From contig JAQGDQ010000617.1 in the NCBI GenBank assembly GCA_030141605.1, forward strand, positions 62,792-126,791: 64,000 nucleotides of DNA, read 5' to 3'. The DNA is from Tubiluchus corallicola. Its lineage: Eukaryota; Animalia; Priapulida. Position numbers and translations under genes: made by a program. Below, in pieces: positions 13,571 to 27,270 of the stretch (within the stretch, counting starts at the first letter, position 1; each line of letters begins with the position of its first letter). Under the pieces are notes generated by a model. It was given only the letters and a program-made list of their open reading frames with translations, made no database searches and had not been told where the DNA came from.

Positions 13571-15002
13571 ATGAAACAAAAACATGCCTTAATATATCTG
13601 TATCATATACTTGAAGACGCAGAATACTACAGTATTTTAGCGTCCCTCTCCCAGAATCAGTAGCAGACTACTACTGGTCAGAATTATAACCGTTCCAAAA
13701 ACTCAAGAGCAGTAATTACTATTATAAACTTCAAGCTGGCTGCCCTAATGGCGTGGAACCTTCGCGTATATAATATATGCCTTCCGGGCGCACGTTGGGC
13801 CCCCAAGCAGCGTGTTTATGCTGTTAGCTGCCGCAGTATTTATGACGGGACATAAAACTTCGACAGGGTCCGATTGAATTCCTGCTAATTTAGAAGCACC
13901 GTGGGTTATGGCCAGTGTCAGAATTTGCTCTGTTTCGGAAAATGCTCGAGTGGCATGTTGGAGATAACTTGACGCTTTTCGAAAAAGGAATAAAAAAGTT
14001 TAGAATTTTCAATAAGATTGAAAAAACTGATTTTAAAAACAACAACAAAAAAGAGTTATGTTGAAAACCCATGCAAGGTCGATTGCAAGGTCATTTTTTG
14101 TCTTTGTCATGCAGCAGCAAAATGAATAACTTCAGTCACTATAAATGTAGCCAAAAAAACTAGTTACAAAAAACCGTTATTCAATTTGTTTTTAGAACAC
14201 GTACAGTATTCATTCTCAATTTTGTTAAGATGAAAAATATTTCTTTTTGTTTGAAAGCGGCATGTTTTTAAATGTTAGTGCTGCGGCGATGTTAAATTTC
14301 ATTTAAAATCTAAGTTATTTTGCTGATAGATGGCAGCACCGCGTAGAAAAGAAAGCACTCGTCTCTGACTGGCAGCCAGTTTCAGCAGCTTCTGTGTATA
14401 GAACCTTCTGATACGACGATACGGCATCAGTAATAACGAATGTTGTTCGAAGGACATTTCAATAAGCAAGAAAAGCTATTTTTAAAGAAATCTTTAAAAC
14501 TAAACACCTTAATATAACTTACTATAATATATAAAAATGTTGTTATCCAAACTTTGTAAATGTAATTCGAACAAACTTTGAATGTTGATTATCTTTGTTC
14601 ATTTTATTCATTTACACGCACAACCATGAGAAATTTCGTGCCAGAAATCAAATTGAAAGCGATAATTTAATGTCTTGCATTAAGCCACGGTTAAAAGTGA
14701 TTAACTAACCCTTTTTTGCTATATAAAGTATTCTATACGTATTAGGCTAGGACTAAAGCCATGAGAAGAAGTAGTTTACGGAAGAAGCAAGAATTGCTTT
14801 TTCCAAGTGTTGATACTTGCATGTAAGACGAATCTCATATCGAATTTTTACGTTACAATACGAATTAGCTCGAGAAAATCTGTCAATTTGGCAAAGAACG
14901 TGTGTTGCGTACGAGCAAATTACTAGATTAACGTGCTGCCTAAGTGAACGAAGAACATGACGTAATTTATGTTCATTACTTTTACTTTTCAATGAGTCCA
15001 CA

Positions 15003-15337
15003 GTTGGGGTGAACATTCTCTACCAGACATCGAATTCGAATTCGAATCGAGTTTCAAAGATTTTCGAACCCTCAGTAAAAGCGTTTTTACAAGGATCCTG
15101 CATAAGTCCTATTAGTCGATTTTGTTCTGTAATGAAACCACTAATAATTAGTTTAAAATTGCACACAAAAAATGCTACTAAATTGTGTTAATTGCGTGAT
15201 GTTTAAAACATTTTCATGACAAAAGAACATGTGTGATTGAAGTGCTGAATTACTCGAATCTATAGTTATAGGTCCGAATCGAATTCGAATTAAACACGAG
15301 TTCGAATCGAATTTGAACGTTCGATGTCCTTCCCTAG
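15003..15337. mobile_element. Degenerate MITE with TCGAAT subterminal repeats
   Basis: Clusters of ATTCGAAT/TCGAATCGA at both ends; right terminus TTCCCTAG. Confidence 0.45.
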
Positions 15338-15583
15338 TCACAGTAAATTGTAGTAGTTGTTTTTCCGCATACGTCACACAAGAATGGCGATTCTTTGCTA
15401 CCGTTTTATCAGATTTATTTTAGCTATCTGTGAGGAACGTCGATTGTTTTGTGACGTTTTCCCGTTTGGGGAAACCGGAAGTGATATCAGTTGAATATGT
15501 GAGCAAGATCTGTTCGAACGCAACCACGCTCACGTTTTCCATAAAGAAATTTCCGCATTGTGGAAAAAGTTCTTGGTGTTTAA

Positions 15584-16055
15584 CCCTTTCATACCCGTTG
15601 TATCCCGTGGGATACGAGAATATTTTCTGCTTTTAAAAATAATAAAATTTTAAAACTGACAGTTATTTGATCTGTTAATAGTTATTTTGATTTAAACCAA
15701 TAACAATAGACTAAAAATGGTGATAAAATGGCAAACTAGAAAATCTACATAGCATAAAAACTGCGCAAGGTACAGTACTTTAGAGACGACTTTGTACAGA
15801 TCAGCATAGCATGCATACTAAATGTCTTAAATACTTTAAAAAATTATCAGCAGATGCAAAATGAAGCACATTTTATGCTTCCATTGAATCCCAATGTATC
15901 CCGTGGGATACAGGCTATATTTAGAACACGGATAAAGGTAGAAAATTATTAAGAAATCGGATAATTATTATGTATAAACAAGATGGACATACTGAACAAA
16001 AGTACCAAGCCAAAAAAAATTTTCTTATTAAAAAAATAATTTGGGACTGAAAGGA
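15584..16055. mobile_element. piggyBac-like MITE, copy 1
   Basis: TTAA|CCCTTTCA...TGAAAGGA|TTAA; internal GTATCCCGTGGGATAC repeats; inverted homologue at 17554-18009. Confidence 0.8.
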
Positions 16056-17553
16056 TTAAGAGGAGAAAGCAAGTTTCTTCCACGTATGAAACAATTTTCT
16101 TTAATTATTCGTCAGAGATGATTTTATGAAGCATCATTAGTTGAATTATCATTGTAAAAAAATTAAAAACATGGTAAAAAAATAATGAACAGATTAATAT
16201 GAACGACATAAAACATGATTGAAAATTTATTGATTTGATTTTAAACCCTTTATTTCGACCTAGCTTCATAAAATAAATTACAATACTTACAAGACATACA
16301 ATAACTATAACCCCTCCTCCCAACATTTACAAATTAATACATATATAAATAAAAAACAGAACAATATATATATATATATATATATACAATACCATACTTC
16401 CAGCCAGAATGGTTACCCATAATTTCTACCTAATACTTTCTTCCATTGGTCTCTTATGTCTGAAGTGTAAAGTGCGTCACTGTTATTCAATGCCTTTATA
16501 AGAAGATTTGAGCTTTGCATTCTCTACTGTATAGACTGTATGCAGTTTTCCTTTGTACTACATCAAAGTATAAAACATCGTGGGCTACTGAAATGGTACT
16601 GGAACTATATTCATATGGGTAGTTGAACAGTTTGCGTTTAGAGATATTGCGAGCTACTTTAAGTTTGCTGAGACTGTAGTTATAAAAATTCCGCCAGGTG
16701 GATAAAAGTCGATAAAAAGACAAAAATGAAAAAAGCAATAAGTGAAAAAAGGACAAAACGTTAAAAATGACAAGTTTATTTTTATTAACCGACAACATTA
16801 TTAAAAACAGATGAAGAAATGACAGTTATATATATTACTCAGTACATCAAAGAATGGTAGAGTGGGTTACCGTTAAAAACAAGAAACAGAAAAAAACCTT
16901 CCAACTGTTATTTCATAGATTTAATGTTTCAATTACTATTTTATTAATTTTGCGTAATTATTAATGACAAATTCATTAGTTTTAGCAAAGAAATTTTAAG
17001 ATGGTTTCTCTGTCTTTGTTCTCAAACTATTGTTGTTGGCATCCTTCTGTCACGGAAGACAATGGAGTGTGTAAACTATTGTTGCTGGCACTTCTGTCTT
17101 GGAAGACAATGGAATGTGTCTCGAACTAGGTTTGTCATCATTATTCTCTTAACGGATCAATTTTTCATAACTTCCTGTTATTTTGTTATTCTAAGTACAG
17201 AGGAAAGTTTTTCGAATTGTTGGAGTTTGTGAAGATATATTTTTAACTTTGCAATTTGATTTCTAATTTTAACTTTATAGATGCGAAGTTGTGTCAGCTG
17301 CCGTAAAGCGCGTTGAGACATATTGTGCAAGGCACTTAATAAAAATAATTTTTCACTGATTGCTTTTTCATCTTTGCCTTTTTATCTACTGACTCTATGT
17401 ATTTTTTGCCTTTTTTGTACCTTTATTATATTACTTACTACTTTTTGGTTTTCTCATTTGCATTGTGCGCTTGTTTTTGCCACATTTGCAACGAACGGGT
17501 GTCATTTATCACTGCCATTGTCTGTGTGCCCTTTACATTGTTTATAAACTTAA

Positions 17554-18009
17554 CCCTTTCAGTCAGAATTATTTTTTTAATAAGAAAAAAAATTGGCTTG
17601 GTACTTTTGTTCAGTATGTCCATCTTGTTTGCACATGATAATTATCTTTTTCTTCCCGTGCCCGCGTGCTAAATATAGCCTGTATCCCACGGGATACATT
17701 GGGATTCAATGGAAGCATAAAATGCGCTTCATTTTGCAACTGCTGATAATTTTTTAAAGTATTTAAGACTTTTAGTATACATGCTATGCTGATCTGTACA
17801 AAGTCGTCTCTAAAATACTGTACCTTGCGCAGTTTTTATGCTATGTAGATTTTCTAGTTTGCCATTTTATCACCATTTTTAGTCTATTGTTATTGGCTTA
17901 AATCAAAATAACTATTAACAGATCAAATAACTGTCAGTTTTAAAATTTTATTAATTTTAAAGGCAGAAAATATTCTCGTATCCCACGCGATACAACGGGT
18001 ATAAAAGGG
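17554..18009. mobile_element. piggyBac-like MITE, copy 2 (inverted relative to copy 1)
   Basis: TTAA|CCCTTTCAGTC...ATAAAAGGG|CTAA; reverse complement of 15584-16055 over most of its length. Confidence 0.8.
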
Positions 18010-18489
18010 CTAAATTATGTGTACACCTAAGCTGTGCATAATTTTTTTACGAATGGCACCAGTGAGTATTTTTATGAGCACGAAGTAATAAAGGTGTTAA
18101 AGCACAAGAAAACCCTCCACTTACATTAAGCTTAAAAATTCGTCTTGAAGCTTCTATGCCACTTACATACTGCCTTCTTGCATACAGAACTTACGTAGGC
18201 AGTACTGCTGTATAAAACATTTAAATTTATACTCCCGAGATGACCGTTAGACGCAGATATTTTGACGATAGGTCTTTTGAAATAAGTTAAAATAACACTG
18301 AGTAAAGTTGGAAAAATAATCAGAGCATTCGTAGCGCACACGTCACCAACTAAGTAAAATTTTAAAATTACTGAATCTTGTCAATAAAATTAAAAATACG
18401 TTTCTTGGTTAGTAAGTGGTGCACCCTGGAGCGTGAGTCATCGATATTTTATCAATTGATGAAAGCATTTTAAATAATTAATAATTTTC

Positions 18490-18980
18490 TTTTCTAGTTA
18501 TAAAAGTCTTTCTAGCAGGTAGAACAAATGGAAAATAACACAATTTTGCATAGAAAGTTTTTAGGGACATAGTTTAACATTTCCTTTTCTTCCCCTGATT
18601 TACATTGTGCGTATATGACGTCACGTAATTGCCGGAGATTTAAAATGAAATGAAAAGAATCCTTTCAACGCGAGTACGATATATGATAAAAATTGTTATA
18701 TAGTGACATAATTTTTTAAGGCTATTTTTACGTAAGTCTTTCCAGCAGGTAAGTGAAATGCTAAGTTATATAGTTTTGCACAGAAAGTTTTTTGGGTCAT
18801 AATTTAACATTGCCTTTTCTTCCCCTGATTTACGTGTGCGTAGGTGACGTCATGTAATGGCGCAGTGGGAACAATATTGCGGGTGATTTAAAATGAAAAC
18901 AAACGAAAATTCCTTTCGAAGTGAGTACGACTTATGCATAAAATAGCTGTAAAGTAATATAATTTTTAAGGAGATTTTTC
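18490..18980 (+). repeat. Diverged tandem duplication (about 240-bp unit)
   Basis: AGTCTT.C.AGCAGGT...AGAAAGTTTTT...CCTTTTCTTCCCCTGATTTAC...GAGTACGA occurs twice. Confidence 0.8.
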
Positions 18981-20209
18981 TGAAACCTACTTCAGGTACC
19001 CCTTTTCTTGTCCATTAAGGTGCGACATAACCCGTTTTCTGATGAGGTTTATCGTTATCAAAATTATAAATTGCTTATAACAAATCGGAAAACATTAAAT
19101 CACAATGCAAAGGTATTTTTCCTCGCCGTGCGTGTTGAAACAGATTGTCGACTTTGTTCACCTGTCCGACAATCTCGTCCCAGTTCGGTCTACGTTTCAT
19201 CCGGCCGCCGCATCTGTTCCGATCGTTTCGGCGTCTCTTTTCGCGCATATATCATCAACTAGTCGGCTTCTTTGGGAAAGTAGACCGTCATATATTAGTC
19301 TGACAGGGGCCACGATTTAGTCCGTCTCGCGCTGCTGATCCTCGTGGGTACATTAACCAATTTCTAAACAAGCAACGGTGCCATTTTGCTGTCGGCCGCT
19401 GCAAAGGTTTTGTAATTTAATTAGAACATTTTAAAGCAACGGTTTTGCCTATTAAACTATCCCCCTCACACTTTCAAACTTTTCAAAGTCTTTCTGGATT
19501 TTAACTCGCGATGATAGGTCGATAATTGTTTCAAGCTCACAGCACATATTTTCTATACTGTAGGAAATAAATTTTGATAGACTGCGTGACACGTCGGAGG
19601 CACTCGGTTAGAATGCCGGTTGCTTGGGCTTGTCCGCCATTAAATTCCGACTATCCCGTGTCATAAAAGTACAGTATGCTGTACATGATTGGTTCTTATA
19701 CTCATAAAACATGTAGGCGTGTGTCATAGACCAACTGTTAGAGAGAAAATTCTCAATGGCTGCCGTTGTACAGCATTACAATAAACAAAACGTCATAGCA
19801 TGCAAACCAGAATCACACTCAAATGTAGATTCGAACAAAATCAATTTGTACATGATTATTATTGTACAACAACATAAAAGTTTATTCAGTCACACTTCCG
19901 TACCATAGTTATACGTAGCAATAACTACTTCACACAAGCAAACTCGATAATGAAAGTGTTATAAGAAAAAATATCTCTTATGAGATATTCAGTTGCAGAA
20001 AAATTTTCATTGGCAGTTATATAGTCGTATAGACACTACGTTATTTTAGTTCATTTTACCTAGAACAATAGTAATAACGAAATATACAGTAGAAAGTAGA
20101 AAGACAGTTGCCAAATTTTTTGATAAACAGGAAAATCTGCGTGAAATATAATTTATTTAATACGTGGCCGTATTATAGCCATATGTAATAATATTATATT
20201 TTACGTATC

Positions 20210-20935
20210 AATTTTTTAATACAGGCACTGGAAAACATTTATAGTTAAAACACCAGACTTTATTTAAACGTTTAATTAACATAGTTAAAAAAATCATGCC
20301 AAGCGTTTTGACTAGCAACTGTTGTCATTATCAGTGGTAAATTTTTACAAACATACAACCAGTTTATATAGGCAGAGCCTACAGCATATAATGTTATGCA
20401 TTAATTATGTATTTAACAGAAGCCAAACAGATAATCATTAAGCAAATGGCTTTTTGTATATATATATTGTTTGAGTTGAAAAAGAGGACACCAGTTTAGG
20501 GTTTATTAAAACAATGCAAAATGTATGTATATATATGTAGTGCATAATATACTCGAACTAACTAATCGTATATTTCTTCACTGCACATAGTGGAAATAGC
20601 ACATAGTAATAGTTACTGTGTTGTAAATCCGCTCAAGATAAATAATATATATATATATATATATACTCCATCAATTTATTTTCTACTGGTCTACTTACTT
20701 ATTACCTATTTGCTTTACCAATTTACCTGTTAAATATACAATTAATGGACAATGTTCTATACTGTAGGCTCTGCTAATATAAACTGTTTGTATGTTTGTG
20801 AAAAATTACCACAGATAATGACAGCAGCGGCTCTGTCGAAACGTTTGACATGATTTTTAACTATGCAAAATGAAAAAGTTTTAAGAAAATTTATGTTGCT
20901 TTATCTATAAATGTTATTAAGTGCCTGTAATAAAA
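20210..20935. mobile_element. Inverted-arm element with hammerhead-like motifs (Penelope-like derived?), copy 1
   Basis: Arms about 20210-20410 and 20750-20935 are inverted repeats; each carries CCA-C(T/A)GATAA-T-stem-(G/A)AAACG. Confidence 0.6.
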
Positions 20936-21683
20936 AATTTACTTATATCTTAAAATGTTTCTAATTAAGTATATCTACAGAAATATAGACAGCAGGTAAT
21001 GACAGGTGCCTATCTAAAAGAACAGACTGTCAAAACGTATCGTAATATACAAATTATTTTTTTACAAATTTACAAGAATTACTGCCCTCCAGAAAGAAAT
21101 GTGTGGACCAAGCAGCACAAGGCGTATAGCAATTGGAGTCATATACTTATATGATATAAAGAATCTTCTAGATAGTTGCAGTAACGAGTACATTTTGTGC
21201 ATAACATTTTTAAACAAACTTGTGCTGTGATGCTGTGATAGTTTAACCAAAGAAAACGTGTTTTTATCCACTATATGCATGTAGATTTAATAACAGAGAT
21301 TGTATGCTTCAGTAATATATAAGTACTTCTATACATAATGCTTTTAAGCACAATAATTATATAATATTTTGGACTATATTTTTAAACAAAAGCTTTGTAC
21401 ACGTACAACCACAACTATATGTACAAAAAACTATAATAATATCATAACTAAACTATTTACTAATTTACTACTGCTCAACATTCATTCCCTGTGTGACGAG
21501 TGTCAAGCGATGTAGGCCTACCAGTAGAGGCCTTTGACGAGTGTCAAGCTATGTAGGCCTACCAGTAGAGGCCTGTTTTATTTTCACCTGTAGAACCGAC
21601 TCTGCGATACTGTTTAGTATTTACAACTTGATATAATTACATTAACTGTAAGATTATTCACAACAATTATTTGCTACATTTAA

Positions 21684-22458
21684 AGGAAACGTCAAGTCTT
21701 TTGGGTAGTTAGGCTAATTTCATTGTTCGCAAAAAATGTTAGAAGGATTTAGTAACAAACGTGCAATAAGCACCTCGTGTAATTAGTAAAATCACTTTAC
21801 GATCATAAAGTCACGATCACTTCATGCTTGGACGCTCCCATTTTCAATGTCCATTCTTCTTCCAATGACGTCATTGGTTTTGAAGAAAAGTAGCGCATTG
21901 TCAATGTTCACCAGAAGTATAACAAGTTTTTACAAAAAAAATTAGATAAATAATTCTGTACTATTTTCGCGTGAACATTAGGTAAGCTGCAGAAGTTTGA
22001 ATTAGTTTAAGCAGTGCGCGCTTACGAAAAGTCACGAAGTGATGTCATGATTTTCAACTGAATGGCGGCAACCACCGCGTCGGAAAATTGTTATTCAGAA
22101 GTAGTTTAATGAGTGTATATTTTAAACTTATGCTTTGTAGGCAGTTGTCCACAAATTTCACTGTTATATTTTTCTAAGTTTAAGTCATAAGAGTAAAATG
22201 AACCCAACATACGGAGTGACTTGTCTTTTCCTTTAGCACAACACAAACAGTTTAAGTGATAACAGTAAAATAAACCCAACATACTGAGTGACTTGCCCTT
22301 TCTTTTAGCACACCACAAACAGTTTAAGTCATAACAATAAAATAAACCCAACATACTGAGTGACTTGTCTTTTCCTTTAGCACAACACAAACAGTTTTTA
22401 AACTTAAAAGTCATAACAGTAAAATAAACGCAACATACTGAGTGACTTGTCCTTTCCT
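21684..22458 (+). mobile_element. Kolobok/T2-like MITE, family A
   Basis: TTAA|AGGAAACGTCAAGTC...GACTTGTCCTTTCCT|TTCA; right subterminal region tandemly expanded (about 64-bp units, 22180-22458). Confidence 0.7.
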
Positions 22459-23264
22459 TTCAGGTAAGTTTTTTAACTTTAAAAGATAATTAAATACGCA
22501 AGATAGCATAATAAACATGCCAAAGCTATATAAATATTTAAAGTTTCTTTTAATTATTTTTCGTACAACAAAGGGCTAAAAACTGCACCTAGTACGACGC
22601 CGAAAGTCAGAAACGACGAAAGTTCGAATTCACTTGGAATTTTAAGCAGGTTTAATGGCCGATAACATCGCCTGCAGGAGTTCGGGAAAACCGGAAAGTT
22701 TAGCAAATAAAACGATTAAGAGTTGTGAAAAATTAAATATTTGATACATCAGTCCGTCTAATAAATGATTGGAACTTTAAACGGTGCCGCTCTCTAAACA
22801 TTAATTTTGGATTTTAACTGTGCGGGTGTCCCTTTACAGCATGTGTAAGCAAAGCCTGTAAAAATGGCACAGGTAAAACACACCTGTAGATATGGTGCGG
22901 GGGCAAAACACAGGAAAAAGGAGCACAAATAAAAAAATAGAAAAAATGGTGCTCTTAGCGAATTTTTTACGTTAGGGCTTGGGAAAATAAAAATATTGAC
23001 GCAATTAATTTAGGTTTAGGTTAGGAATATACATGCCATTTACCCCCTTTTCTCAATTTGTACCCTCTTTTTGCCATTTTAGCTGCAACCCCTAAACATT
23101 GTTTAGATTATAACTTTATTAGCCAGTATAGATATTACCTTGTACATGTGCTATTTAAATATTGTTTCATAAATTTGTTTTGTACAGCAGAAATAGAAAA
23201 AAAACATTTAAAATTTTGTAAAGCTAATTCGAAATTGTACTAAATGTTTTTGTTTGCGTTACCG

Positions 23265-23515
23265 TACCTTATCTCATCTCATCTCATCTCAATCATCTCA
23301 TCTCATCTCATCTCATCTCATTTCACCTTATCATATCTTGTGTTATATTATCTTATACTACCTTACCTTACCTTACCTTACCTTACCTTACCTTACCTTA
23401 CCTTACCTTACCTTACCTTACCTTACCTTACCTTACCTTACCTTACCTTACCTTACCTTACCTTACCTTACCTTACCTTACCTTACCTTACCTAACCTTA
23501 CCTTACCTTTCCTTA
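23265..23515. repeat. (ATCTC)n/(CCTTA)n pentanucleotide repeat
   Basis: Directly visible. Confidence 0.97.
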
Positions 23516-24325
23516 CTTTCTTTTCTTGAGGCATCTTAAAGTCTTTCACAGAGCCAGTAGATGTCGCTCCGTTACTTTCCGGCTTCAAGGAAGAGAATGG
23601 CGGAAATACGTCATTCGTGATTAATAATTAATTGGACAGTCAGATAAGTTGAGATAACGTATAACCAAATACAGGCTTTTGGGCTAATTGAAGTCACGTT
23701 ATGTGTTAATGAATGATACGTCCCTTCGCTTACCGTTTATCTTTTGTTTGTACCTGTTTAATTATTTAACATTAAACAAATGTAATATTCTCACATACTA
23801 AGCAATATTATTACATACATAAATAAACAAATAAATTGGAATGACTGCGTTAAAATCAACTTATGAAATAAAATACATTGTGAACAATAAGGTTTTCTTA
23901 TAAAGCTTATTATACATCAAAGTGTCCAGCGTCTAGCGTTCACTGAGTAGTTAAAGGAAAGGTCAAGCTTTTTGGGAAGTTAGACTTATTTTAATTTTCG
24001 CGATAACTTTTAGAAGGATTTAGTAATAAAACTGCAATAAGCGCCTCGTGTAATTAGTAAAATCTGTTTAAAGTCCCGATCACGTCATACTTGAACGCTC
24101 CCATAACATCATAATAATATCATAACTAAACTAATTACTAATTTACTACTGCTGAACTCAACATTCATTCCCTGTGTGACGAGTGTCAAGCGATGAAGGC
24201 CTACCACTAGAGGCCTGTTTTATTTTCACCTGTAGAACCGACTCTGCGATACTTTTTAGTATTTACAACTTGATATAATTACATTAACTGTAAGATTATT
24301 GGCAACAATTATTTGCTATACTTAA

Positions 24326-24903
24326 AGGAAACGTCAAGTCTTTTGGGAAGTTAAGCTTATTTCACTGTTCGCGAAAAATGTTAGAAAGATTTAGTAACAA
24401 ACGTGCAATAAAACGCCTCGTGTAACCAGTGAAGTCACTTTAAAGTCACGATCAATTCATGCTTGGACGCTCCCATTTTCAATGTCCATTCTTCTTCCAA
24501 TGACGTCATTCGTCCCGGAGAAAGTAGCGCTGTCAATCTTCATCAAAAGTCTAAGATTTTTATAGTTATTGTTTAACAATATATTATAGTTTTATAAAAA
24601 GATTAAATAGCTATTGTTGTAATATTTTTCCTTGAGCATTAAGTAAGCTGCAAAAGTTTGAATTAGTTTAAGCCGCACGGGCTTACGGAAAACCACGACA
24701 TGTTTACGAAAAGTCACGCAGTGCTGTTATTATTTTCAAGTGAATGGCGGCAATCACCACTCCTGAAAATTTCTATTCAGAGATAGTTTATTTTAAATTA
24801 GTACTTTATAGACAGTTCTTTGCAAACAAGTTTATTATATTTGTCTAAGATTAACTGATAAAAGTAAAATAAACCCAACATGGCGAGTTACTTGCTCTTT
24901 CCT
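24326..24903 (+). mobile_element. Kolobok/T2-like MITE, family A
   Basis: TTAA|AGGAAACGTCAAG...TTGCTCTTTCCT|TTAA; homologous to 21684-22458. Truncated left ends also occur at 23955-24102 and 26115-26240. Confidence 0.75.
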
Positions 24904-25153
24904 TTAAGTTAACAACTAATCGTCTGGCGTCCATCTTCTCAGAAAAACAAAATGGACGATATCAAATTTATTTTTAAATGCTTTTTATGCTATAAAGATT
25001 TACAGGGTCAGTCGTCGCAGGCTTGGTAAAGAACAGATGCTAGGCGCTAGGTGTTAAAACAATAGGAAGAACTTCGAGCCTTCAGTTTCACTGCCAGAAT
25101 TTTTGTCTTCATCAATCATTGACAATCTATTCCTTCTAGATGTAAACGCCAGA

Positions 25154-25479
25154 CAGGGCCTATTTCAGCCTAAGCGAGACCCGGGGAAGTGGGGCGTGTG
25201 AGGCCCCCAAAATTTTTGAACTTCTAGAACGCCGGGGAACATTTTCGAAGAGAAAATATGGAGTTATACAGTTGTTAAATGAAAGAACAATTGAAAGAAA
25301 AACTGCTCTATTCTCAAGACTAGTCCTTAATACTTGTCAAATAGTCAAATCAAAAACAACATCTTTGCAATATGTAATGCCGTACTCTCACTTCCGTACA
25401 AGCCGATGTTAGAAATTCCGAAATTGAAAACAGCTGAACATCGGCACCGAGCCGCACAAGGCAAACGGCGCGCGTGCGG

Positions 25480-25550
<71 letters not shown>

Positions 25551-25668
25551 GCAGTATGTTCGCATGTTCGCATAAAGCAAAAAAATGTTACCTTGGCGCG
25601 AGGCCCCTCTGGAGGGTGAGGCCCCGGGGAAGTATCCCCACTTCCCCTCCCCTCTGAAATAGGCCCTG
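25154..25668. mobile_element. hAT-type MITE, intact
   Basis: Perfect 15-bp TIRs CAGGGCCTATTTCAG (25154-25168 / 25654-25668) and a perfect 8-bp TSD ACGCCAGA (25146-25153 / 25669-25676); internal (GA)n tract. Confidence 0.92.
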
Positions 25669-25800
25669 ACGCCAGACAGCCGACCCTTTGGTGTATCATA
25701 GGTTTTAACTATTCACAAAACTATACAGTACAATAATAATAAGCTTTCAACTCTTGATTTCGTTTAATCACGGTCTACATACGTCATTCCTATTTTTGCA

Positions 25801-26058
<258 letters not shown>

Positions 26059-26282
26059 TCAACTCGAACGTCATTCAAAGTTTTCAGCGGTCGCAAGTGC
26101 ATTTAATGAATTAAAGGAGAGGTTAAGCCTTCTGGGCACTTAGGCTTTCTTCAATGTACGCTAAAAATGTTACAATGATTTAGTAATAAAAGTGTGATAA
26201 GCGCCTCGTGTAACTAGAAAATCACTTCAGGGTTGCGATCATCATCATTGTCATCGTCATCATCATCATCATCATCATCACC

Positions 26283-26332
<50 letters not shown>

Positions 26333-26531
26333 TATCATCATTATTAATATGATGACAATTTAATAGCTACAAAATAAAGTCCTTTTTTTGAGAAATTTTA
26401 CACTTTTTTCATTCCAAACACTCGGTGAGATACCGTAATACTCAATACTTGAAAAACTATTACTATTATTATTGTTGTTGTTGTTGTTGCTGCTGTTGCT
26501 GTTGTTATTGTTATTATTATCATTATCGTTA

Positions 26532-26594
<63 letters not shown>

Positions 26595-27237
26595 TTGTTG
26601 TTATAAATGGGAAATAATGAAGAAGCATTCAGGTATCAAAGTACTTTCTTTCTTTAGTACAGTGTAGATGCGGCGCTTTTACAATTATTAGGCCTACAAC
26701 CATTCATATTTTTACAGCATAGAATTAAATTTGTCAAACACCGGTATCGTATTCTACAAAGTCATTTTAAGTGAATTTTAACATAATTTTACAATTTTAC
26801 CTGGCATGAAACGGTCTCATTGTTTCTTATGTGATAAAGCTTTTTGTGGTAAAGCGTTTTCAAATTTGCATTTTTAACGTTTCTAATTCTGTCCTATGAT
26901 ATTTTCATTAAATCGTTTGCTATTCATTTCTATTCGTTTTTCGTTTCCTTCACAGACGTGCAGCTTGTATCGGGTGGCGCAGAAAAAATGTGCCGATGTT
27001 TAGACTACAATAATATTAGAAGCAAGTGCCCTGCACAGTTGAAATTGCACAGCGTGATATTACTGTACATTATCTTCTAGCTGTGAAAGTACAAGCTTAT
27101 ATATATATGTATGATTTTTATATTATTATTATTATATATATATATATTATATATATATATATATAATAATATATACATATATTATATTATATCATATACA
27201 TTATATAATGTATAATATATAATATATATTATATAAC

Positions 27238-27270
<33 letters not shown>

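Noticed and set aside
23358-23510. (CCTTA)n as an interstitial telomeric repeat
   Set aside because: It reads TAAGG on the other strand, not the arthropod TTAGG or the TTAGGG telomere unit.
24990-25010. Minus-strand ACCCTGTAAATC resembling the 5' end of miR-10-family miRNAs
   Set aside because: No complementary arm on either side to form a precursor hairpin, and miR-10 normally lies near Hox4/5.
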